Source: an uncultured Chloroflexia bacterium
Lineage (GTDB): Bacteria; Chloroflexota; Ktedonobacteria; Ktedonobacterales; JADMIN01
Assembly: GCA_963718915.1 (NCBI GenBank)
Contig: CAVRAI010000013.1
Location: forward strand, 30,001-62,000
Length of the DNA: 32,000 nt
Direction of reading: 5' to 3'
Under the pieces are notes generated by a model, which saw only the letters and a program-made list of their open reading frames with translations, had not been told where the DNA came from and did no database searches. The translations under genes and the position numbers were made by a program. The stretch's first letter is position 1; each line of letters opens with the position of its first letter. This document shows, piece by piece, positions 27,001-32,000 of this stretch.

Positions 27001-27646
27001 GCTCGGCAAGTTGATGGAGCAGGATCAGGGTATCGGGCAGCTTGTGGTGTTGCAGCTCGACGAAAATCCGGTCAGGCCCGAAGGCGTCATAGTAGCGACG
27101 CGCGGCCTCCATGGCGGCCTGGCGCCTGCCCGCGAGCAGGAGTCGCATCAGGGTTCCGTCACGTCCGCCGGTGAGCAGGATCAGACCGTCTGGTTCCGCG
27201 GCCAAGTCTCGCCAGGGGATGACTGGGGCATCGGGGTGGGCGAGGTTGGCGTCGGTGAGCAGGCGGCAGAGTCGAGCATAACCGGTGGCGTTCTCGGCCA
27301 GTGCGACGGGGTGGGTGGGGAGAGGCGAGATGCCGAAGATGGGTTCGGCAACGGCTAGCTCTACGCCGATGATGGGCTGAATGGCGTATGAGGCGCAGGC
27401 GGTTTGGAAGCGGACGACGCCAGCGAGGGTCATGTGGTCGGTGAGGGCGAGGCTGCGCATGCCGAGCGCAGCTGCCCGCGCGACCAACGCCTCAGGCGAG
27501 GAACTGCCACGGAGGAAGCTGAACGCGCTGGCCAGGTGCAGCTCGACGTAGGCAGTGTGGGCGTTACGGTTGGTGGCAGGATGCTGGTCGGCATGATGTG
27601 TAGCGAGCGTATTAGGCGTATCACTCAGGTCAGTCAGGTCAGTCAT
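24053..27646 (-). CDS. dnaE2: error-prone DNA polymerase III alpha-type subunit DnaE2
   Basis: PHP domain YVELHLASAFSFLRGSS...LALTDH, polymerase core segments (PDIDVDV, GLIKFDLLGL, FQIESPG, YGFCKSHA) and an OB-fold region. I place the start at the ATG at 27644-27646 (MTDLTDL), which overlaps the upstream small ORF by 8 nt. The track start 27841 lies inside that ORF. Confidence 0.9.
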   Translation of the reverse strand: MTDLTDLSDTPNTLATHHADQHPATNRNAHTAYVELHLASAFSFLRGSSSPEALVARAAALGMRSLALTDHMTLAGVVRFQTACASYAIQPIIGVELAVAEPIFGISPLPTHPVALAENATGYARLCRLLTDANLAHPDAPVIPWRDLAAEPDGLILLTGGRDGTLMRLLLAGRRQAAMEAARRYYDAFGPDRIFVELQHHKLPDTLILLHQLAELAEEAGLRYVATNGVHYASRADCALYDLMTCTRLGLTVDQPHAERPRNDEAHLKSARALASLFARVPQGRAALRASGEIATRCHLSLLKGACTAPQVSLPEGATPTTHLRALSESGLATRYANLPEALLPGSPQRTQLDHELSVIAQLQLEEFFLCVHDIMHAARAMGIRVSGRGSAANSLVAYCLGITGVDPIHHKLLFERFLNPDRGGMPDIDVDVQSDRRDELIRYVERTYSEAHAAMVANVITYRARSALRDAAKALSYPLELVNRMTKRLSHHADAEELLSHESELRQVIATFSTLPNASVRARCLERLPLLLQIAPKLLGLPRHLSLHNGGMVLTREPLATLLPVRVSANGVRALEIDKDDVERLGLIKFDLLGLRTLGAVEEALTLIERTTGERPDIDHLPTTPPDPRTMALIRSGQTLAVFQIESPGQWHLLAQTQPTTFNDLIVQTALFRPGPIQGGFVHPYIERRLDKQAQDSKQSAQGAQAARYIRQQRDAVQTPWKGTPTDDFWTAHPVLGPILAESEGILLFQEQILEIAHRFAGLSYADADGFRRAMSHQRSRREMEAMRQRFVGGALARGETHEAADRVFEAVSAFVGYGFCKSHAAEFARTIYQTAWLKAHYPAHYLAAFLSAQPAGYFPPHVVLEEAKRLRIPVLPVHVNASEDRFSVEPAGSVGSGHAPGGRRWGIRVGLRQVSQIGEDLARAILWERRTLDESGHLHERPFTSLWDLLVRLRPAGLTRDAAEALVWSGACDGLAPRMDRRQRLWQLRELWPLVDPHPKGAKRRRSNATAMADTTAEHPQQLTLTWEMPLDALADVPTLPALTAFERDALDYQLLGLSTRPHPMRHYRPQLDRRGVLRISDLAHVAEGRVVRVAGWPISAQRPPTAKGVGFVVLEDETGRLPLAMAPALAHDLRRTLRDARYLVAVGRLERVRWYRSLWAFQLIGVRKNASAHSASGFCSLAWHKPSKEGLSNT
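27625..27645. repeat. 9-bp tandem repeat at the small ORF stop / dnaE2 start overlap
   Basis: tcaggtcag x2 plus tca on the + strand. The minus strand reads ATG ACTGACCTG ACTGACCTG, encoding MTDLTDL, and includes the TGA of the upstream ORF. Confidence 0.85.
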
Positions 27647-27941
27647 AGACACGTTCCAGGATCCACACTTCGCCGATAGCCTCGTAGTAGATGTCGCAGA
27701 CGAGGTCTTCATGCGCGGAGGCGCAGCGTAGTCGGTAGTAGGTGCGCTCACTGCGGCCCTTGTGATCCTTGCGATCCTTGCCCCCTGCGCCACGTACGCT
27801 GTGCTGCTCCCACCAGCGATCCATGAGGCGCCACGGCTCATTGACCTCCAGCACGCGGTAGGTGAGGCCGCGCCAGTGGATGGTGGCGGGCTTGCCGTCG
27901 GCGAGTGTCACCCTGATGGGGTGGTAATAGACGTGGGTCAT
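27639..27941 (-). CDS. small conserved-looking protein of unknown function between imuB and dnaE2
   Basis: 100 aa from the ATG at 27941, with GAGGTGAT upstream. MTHVYYHPIRVTLADGKPATIHWRGLTYRVLEVNEPWRLMDRWWE...RTYYRLRC..EDLVCDIYYEAIGEVWILERVYD has a beta-rich, Trp/Tyr-rich pattern. It starts 30 nt after the imuB stop, and its TGA overlaps the dnaE2 ATG (TATGACTGA). It may belong to a DUF family associated with Y-family polymerase / dnaE2 loci, but I cannot verify that. Confidence 0.65.
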   Translation of the reverse strand: MTHVYYHPIRVTLADGKPATIHWRGLTYRVLEVNEPWRLMDRWWEQHSVRGAGGKDRKDHKGRSERTYYRLRCASAHEDLVCDIYYEAIGEVWILERVYD

Positions 27942-27970
27942 GGATATATCACCTCGTATCGCACCGTCTC

Positions 27971-29296
27971 TTACCACCGATGGATGCCATGGGGGATCTC
28001 GTCCGAAGCATCATCGGTGTCAGAGTCGGCGACATCGGCGGCGGGGCGCGCAGGATGCCCCAGTCCTTCAGCCACATCAGCCAGGTCGGCCACATCGGCG
28101 CCCAGGGGTGCGAGACGGGAGCGGTCCTGGTCGAAGATAGCGTCGGGGGCGGTGAGCAGGCTCTGAAACAGGAGGGGCTTGCCGTGGCGACGGGCGAGGA
28201 GGTCGGCAAGCTCCTGAGTGGCGGTGATGCGGCGGGCGCGTTGGGGCCAGAAGGCATGTTGCGCGGGATAGCGCGGAGTGAGATGAGAGACGATGAGATG
28301 TAGATCCTCGATGGCTTCATGGGCATGAACGCGGGATTGAAAGAGCGGGGCAAGCATGCGTTCCAGCGTCTCCGTCAGGGCATGGCCACCGGAGAGGGGT
28401 TGTGGGAGTGTGCGCGTGATCGTGGTGATGCGCTCGGCATTGCCCTGGGAGTTGGCCGTTGATCCACCCTCCCAGTAGAGACGCAGTTCCAGCGTGTGTC
28501 CGTGGAGGCCACGGCGCGCGAGACGAGATGCGACCTCACAGGAGAAGGGCGCCAGGCCGAGCAGCAGACGGTCAGGGGTGACGGGGGCCGTCAGGCGGAG
28601 GCGGAAACGCAGATGTAGTGGCGCAGCCGTGGGCTGGAGGGACAGGGGATCCTCACCGCGAGCGATGGTGGCGAGCAGGACGCCGAGGTGGGCGCCGAAC
28701 TGGCGACGGAGATCGTTTTCGTCGAGCCGCGTGAGGTGCAGGAGGGTACGGGCGCCATAGTCTTCCAGCCGGGAGACGGCCTGGGCGAGCGTGTGAGGAG
28801 TAAAGATGGTCGGGTTGGCGAATTGGAGATGTTCGAGCGCGGCGATGGGCAGGCGGCGTAGCAGGTCGGCGGTCTGCTCACGGGTCAGAACGGTCACTGG
28901 CGCAGGTGTGCGCAGCAGGTCTACGAGGGCGAGCTGGGCGAGGATGCCGCTGGGGGCAATGGCGGCGCGTAGCGTGATCCGCTGGTTGGCCAGGCGGGTG
29001 ATGAGCGCCTGGACGACGGCGACGGCCTCGGTGTCGGTGCAGGGTCCGAGGTCAAGGAGGGCGCTGTCGTCTCCGAACCGCTGGAGGTATGGCGTCAGCT
29101 GATAGCAGGCGGTGAGCCACGCGGGCCATTGATCGTCGCCGACGTGTTTTGTGTGCGAGAGGCAGCGGACCCAGGCCAGGTGGCGGGAGACACCAGCCTC
29201 TGATGAGAGAGACGAGAGAGACGAGAGAGACGAGAGAGATGCTTGGGAAGATAGAGCAGCCAGGAAATCAGGCTTTCTCGTAGGCATTGTCGGCAC
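27971..29296 (-). CDS. imuB: ImuB-like catalytically inactive Y-family DNA polymerase
   Basis: Y-family thumb/HhH and little-finger patterns are present: AAIAPSGILAQLA, LLRRLPIAALE, LRRQFGAHLGVLLATIARGEDP. The acidic catalytic DxD/E palm residues are absent. The track ORF begins with a TTG at 29377, which is the -35 of the predicted promoter. I place the start at the GTG at 29296 (GGGGAAGGGGAG 9 nt upstream) or the ATG at 29287. Confidence 0.75.
   Translation of the reverse strand: MPTMPTRKPDFLAALSSQASLSSLSSLSSLSSEAGVSRHLAWVRCLSHTKHVGDDQWPAWLTACYQLTPYLQRFGDDSALLDLGPCTDTEAVAVVQALITRLANQRITLRAAIAPSGILAQLALVDLLRTPAPVTVLTREQTADLLRRLPIAALEHLQFANPTIFTPHTLAQAVSRLEDYGARTLLHLTRLDENDLRRQFGAHLGVLLATIARGEDPLSLQPTAAPLHLRFRLRLTAPVTPDRLLLGLAPFSCEVASRLARRGLHGHTLELRLYWEGGSTANSQGNAERITTITRTLPQPLSGGHALTETLERMLAPLFQSRVHAHEAIEDLHLIVSHLTPRYPAQHAFWPQRARRITATQELADLLARRHGKPLLFQSLLTAPDAIFDQDRSRLAPLGADVADLADVAEGLGHPARPAADVADSDTDDASDEIPHGIHRW
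29205..29240. repeat. 9-bp tandem repeat x4 in the imuB N-terminal region
   Basis: gagagagac x3 plus gagagagat. It encodes SLSSLSSLSSLSS on the minus strand. Confidence 0.9.
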
Positions 29297-29331
29297 AGGC
29301 AGCGTCTCCCCTTCCCCATATCGTTGAACAA

Positions 29332-29343
29332 GAACATCCGTTC
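29332..29343 (-). promoter_or_regulatory. LexA-type SOS box (Cheo-box core GAAC-N4-GTTC)
   Basis: The + strand reads a GAAC atcc GTTC c at 29331-29344, a perfect palindromic core. It lies 6 nt downstream of the predicted -10 of the imuB operon promoter. Confidence 0.6.
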
Positions 29344-29349
29344 CACTAG

Positions 29350-29377
29350 AGTATCGGCGCGGGGGGATGGCGGTCAA
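29350..29377 (-). promoter_or_regulatory. sigma70-like promoter of the imuB - small ORF - dnaE2 operon
   Basis: The minus strand reads TTGACC (29377-29372), a 16-nt spacer, then GATACT (29355-29350). Confidence 0.5.
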
Positions 29378-29380
29378 GCG

Positions 29381-29400
29381 ACAGAGACGGACAGAGACGG
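29381..29400. repeat. 10-bp tandem duplication (acagagacgg x2) immediately upstream of the imuB promoter -35
   Basis: Perfect copies at 29381-29390 and 29391-29400. Confidence 0.85.
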
Positions 29401-29751
29401 CGACTGCGTTGTTGGAAGCGGAAAGTCGTGGGCTGGACTGTCGAGAGATGTAGGGAGCTGGGACTTGCTGAGGATGATAGGAGCTAGCGAGGGGAGACCG
29501 AGGAATTGAGCGCCGTCACTTAGAGTGTGGAGCATGGCAGAGTTACAACTCTCTGAAGTCTTTTTGCCGTCGAGGGTCGCAAACGTTGACTGGTTCTGTA
29601 GAATGATGCTGACGAACAAGCAGCGATGAGTGTTGAGATGATGCGACGCATGCGATGCACATGCAGTGATGCACAGGCAGTGGTGAGATTCGCCAGGCCG
29701 TTTATGACGCTTGACGTGGCATCCTCGTGGGTTGAAGTGAGTCTCGTGCGA

Positions 29752-29770
29752 GAGGAGAGAGGAGAGAGGA
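29752..29770. repeat. 7-bp purine repeat (gaggaga x2.7) forming the ribosome-binding region of the 29772 gene
   Basis: The sequence is gaggaga gaggaga gaggat, directly followed by the ATG at 29772. Confidence 0.8.
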
Positions 29771-29771
29771 T

Positions 29772-30668
29772 ATGGGCAGGGAGCAGGCGTATTCCTCAGA
29801 GTTGTCGCAGTACCTTGATGGCGCCATTGCCGATGCTGAGAAACAGCGCGCAAGCGCCACCCAACCGACATCTGCCCAAGCTGGCGGAGTTGTCGGGGAA
29901 GCGGTCACAATGACCGTATGGGACTCGATGCGAGCAGCACTGAGTCGCGCTGTGCGGCGTTCCCTCCTGAGGACAATTGTCGCACTCTTTCCGCTCCTCG
30001 CGCTTGTGGCCAGTACAGCATTGCAGGCATTTGGGCAGGGCGCGCTGTGGACTATCCCGGCGCGTGTGGTCCTGACCGGACTGACGCTCTTCCTGCTCTG
30101 GCATGCCTGGCAAGTCGTACGTTACGTGCGGGGAAGAATGCCCCAGCGCCTCCTGCGACGGCGTGTGCAGCCTGGTCGTTACTATGAACCACCTACCGCG
30201 TCGGAGATGTTCATGCCGCTCATCGTTGGAGTTCTTGACCTGCCTGCATTGCTGAGTCTCTCCTTCGCTGTGAGTCAGCCACATCTCGTGCTCGCCGCTC
30301 TGATAGCACTTCCGGTAGTGGTCTTGGTCCTTGTTACAGTGGTCATCGCCGCCGTGTCGGGTTTCGGCGCTGTTGGGGCGGTTGGAGGGCTCGATCAGGT
30401 GTCACATGCGCCAGCTCGACCTGTGTCGGTGGCCTCGTTGGCTGCGTTGGACGAGCGGATTACGCGTCTCTCGCAGATACGCGAATGGCTAGGTGACGAC
30501 ACGCTCCGAGCGATGGTGGACGATGTGATTGGGCAACAGGTGAGGTCAGCGGCGAGACGACAGGTGACGTTTTCGTTTCTCATTGGGGTTATTTCGTTGG
30601 TGTCCGGATGGTTGCTCTCTGCGGTGAGTCCTGTCGCGACGCTGACCAACCTTTTTCCGGGACGTTGA
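29772..30668 (+). CDS. hypothetical multi-pass membrane protein
   Basis: 298-aa ORF preceded by a GAGGAGA x3 tract. It has four or more hydrophobic segments (IVALFPLLALVASTALQAF, VVLTGLTLFLLW, LVLAALIALPVVVLVLVTVVIAAV, FSFLIGVISLVSGWLL). I recognise no family. It is divergent from imuB. Confidence 0.6.
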   Translation: MGREQAYSSELSQYLDGAIADAEKQRASATQPTSAQAGGVVGEAVTMTVWDSMRAALSRAVRRSLLRTIVALFPLLALVASTALQAFGQGALWTIPARVVLTGLTLFLLWHAWQVVRYVRGRMPQRLLRRRVQPGRYYEPPTASEMFMPLIVGVLDLPALLSLSFAVSQPHLVLAALIALPVVVLVLVTVVIAAVSGFGAVGAVGGLDQVSHAPARPVSVASLAALDERITRLSQIREWLGDDTLRAMVDDVIGQQVRSAARRQVTFSFLIGVISLVSGWLLSAVSPVATLTNLFPGR

Positions 30669-30758
30669 TGCTGAGGCGACATGCAGACATGAAGTGTCCT
30701 CGACGGTGTTGGCTATTACCCCAGGCGAGGTGGCTCACGACGGACACGGACCGGGGAC

Positions 30759-30784
30759 ATGGGCGGGAGAGATGGGCGGGAGAG
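30759..30784. repeat. 13-bp tandem duplication (atgggcgggagag x2)
   Basis: Perfect copies at 30759-30771 and 30772-30784, in the spacer between the two unknown genes. Confidence 0.85.
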
Positions 30785-30940
30785 AGGCGATGAAACCAGT
30801 AGGAGCATGATTGGTCACCAGATGGTAGACAGCTCCCAGATAGTCTGATTAGCGGGTCGCTCTGTTTGTCTTGACGTGCTCGGACGGTGTGTGTGTACGT
30901 AAGAGGGTAGGGCAGTCCTGAGGCAGGAAGGCAGCGCACA

Positions 30941-31861
30941 ATGTCTGGCATCACCAATTGGAGCGAGGCCCTGGCTGATCCCTGCTTTTGGGTCGGCCGC
31001 TATGCGCAAAATCGTCCTGGGGACAGGGACGTGGAGAAGGATATCGAGGCGTTTTTTGGGCGTTCATTTGAGGCCTGCGAACCGTTTCATCTGCGTCTGT
31101 ATGGAAACATTGATTACGACACGCCGCTGTTCGCAGACGATGCGGACGATGAGACGGAGCCGCCTGCTTCTCCCGATGAGGAGTATGACTACAGTGACTA
31201 TGATGACCAGATCCCACCGACGAGCATCCTCAGACTGCCCTTCCCCGAAAGCTATACCTGGCAGCTAGAATTTGCCGATTACCAGGTCACTCATCTGATT
31301 TATCATCCTGAGGTGTATCCTGGCGGTCGTGCAATCGCGGTGGAGGGTCACACGAGTCTCTTGCCTGGCTTGCGCTGGGCTGAATTGAAGCAGATGGTGG
31401 CCTGCCTCTTGCCACCGGACTGGTCGCCGGTGTTTGACCCGCACATCCTGTATCCACTACTCTACCCCATCGTCGATCCGGTCACGTTGGCTGAGTATGA
31501 CGAGGTGCGCCAGACGCTGCGCGCGGCCTGGGGAGCCTTGCGGATTGTGCCTCCATTGCAGCTTGAGCCGTGGCTCGATGTGAGAATCAACGTCTTTGAG
31601 AACGGTCGTCTGTTGGCCCACGACGAGACGCTGGAGTGGAACGATCGCGCTACGCGACGCGCTCCAGCAGACATCCAAGATCCCAAAGTCATCGAGACTG
31701 ACTGGACAGTTGTCGCAGGAGATATGTGGGCTCGTGACCCCGATGGTGGTTGGTTTATCCACTGGCCGGTCTGGCAACCGGCGACCTCGCGCACCAATGA
31801 TGCTGGCAGCTTCGCGCCTTTTTTCGAGATGTTGGAGCGCCAGACGCAGCCTCACTCGTAA
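30941..31861 (+). CDS. hypothetical cytoplasmic protein with an acidic linker
   Basis: 306-aa ORF with GC3-biased codons. It has an acidic DDADDETEPPASPDEEYDYSDYDD linker and a Trp/Pro-rich C-terminal domain. I recognise no motif. Confidence 0.55.
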   Translation: MSGITNWSEALADPCFWVGRYAQNRPGDRDVEKDIEAFFGRSFEACEPFHLRLYGNIDYDTPLFADDADDETEPPASPDEEYDYSDYDDQIPPTSILRLPFPESYTWQLEFADYQVTHLIYHPEVYPGGRAIAVEGHTSLLPGLRWAELKQMVACLLPPDWSPVFDPHILYPLLYPIVDPVTLAEYDEVRQTLRAAWGALRIVPPLQLEPWLDVRINVFENGRLLAHDETLEWNDRATRRAPADIQDPKVIETDWTVVAGDMWARDPDGGWFIHWPVWQPATSRTNDAGSFAPFFEMLERQTQPHS

Positions 31862-32000
31862 CACGTGCAAGGCAGCTTGTCGATTTCCCTGTTGAGCATT
31901 GTGCGCGAAGACCTGTACCCGAAAACATCTCCTGTTACTTCAACTGGCCTGAACACCTTCTCCTCGCGAAGTCATTACAGAGGCGGCGAGTGAGGTGTTG

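Noticed and set aside
29590-29625. GTTC-N17-GAAC and TTCTGTAGAA sequences in the imuB / 29772 divergent region as a second LexA operator.
   Set aside because: Half-site orientation and spacing do not fit the GAAC-N4-GTTC box, and the adjacent promoter-like hexamers have wrong spacing.
29374-29871. 165-aa minus-strand ORF upstream of imuB as a candidate imuA.
   Set aside because: It is His/Cys/Ser/Thr-rich and irregular, with no RecA/SulA-like P-loop or other motif. It overlaps the start of the better-supported + strand gene at 29772, lies upstream of the predicted promoter, and has no Shine-Dalgarno.
1109-30784. Short tandem repeats as CRISPR arrays or as a dispersed REP/MITE family.
   Set aside because: Units are 7-14 bp and directly head-to-tail without spacers. 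The unit sequences differ at every locus, and there are no cas genes.

Overview
GC-rich (by eye, not computed) bacterial chromosomal window with about 27 credible protein genes, no rRNA, tRNA or CRISPR, and one decayed IS. CDS coordinates include the stop codon, as in the ORF track. The left two thirds is ordinary redox and housekeeping accessory content:
- SDR, quinone oxidoreductase, formamidase
- a Tat-exported IorAB-type molybdoenzyme
- an SRAP/YedK-type peptidase
- a cytochrome b-like gene
- an ECF sigma / anti-sigma pair
- DinB-family, CAP lipoprotein, NTF2-like, beta-carbonic anhydrase, DoxX-like, Dyp peroxidase, DUF1272, cupin, DUF1345, YoaK, aldo/keto reductase and HIBADH-like genes.

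The most coherent system is on the minus strand at 24053-29377. It is an SOS-type mutagenesis cassette made of an ImuB-like inactive Y-family polymerase, a roughly 100-aa unknown ORF and DnaE2. I see no imuA-type gene. A sigma70-like promoter with a perfect GAAC-N4-GTTC LexA-type box lies directly after its -10. The small ORF overlaps the dnaE2 start by 8 nt.

Two window-wide signals are not explained by gene content:
1. More than 20 perfect or near-perfect short tandem duplications (units 7-14 bp, mostly 9 bp, 2-4 copies). Many abut or include start or stop codons.
2. Three truncated paralog fragments of genes that are intact elsewhere in the same window: an SRAP 3' end, an NTF2-like gene with its leader, and a dnaE2 3' end fused to an IS3-family remnant.

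The cytochrome b-like gene has a degraded 5' part with two in-frame TGA codons. Lineage cannot be decided from the sequence. The QcrB-type cytochrome b and Cheo-type SOS box fit Actinomycetota or Chloroflexota-like organisms. All family assignments come from motif recognition by eye; no database search was run.
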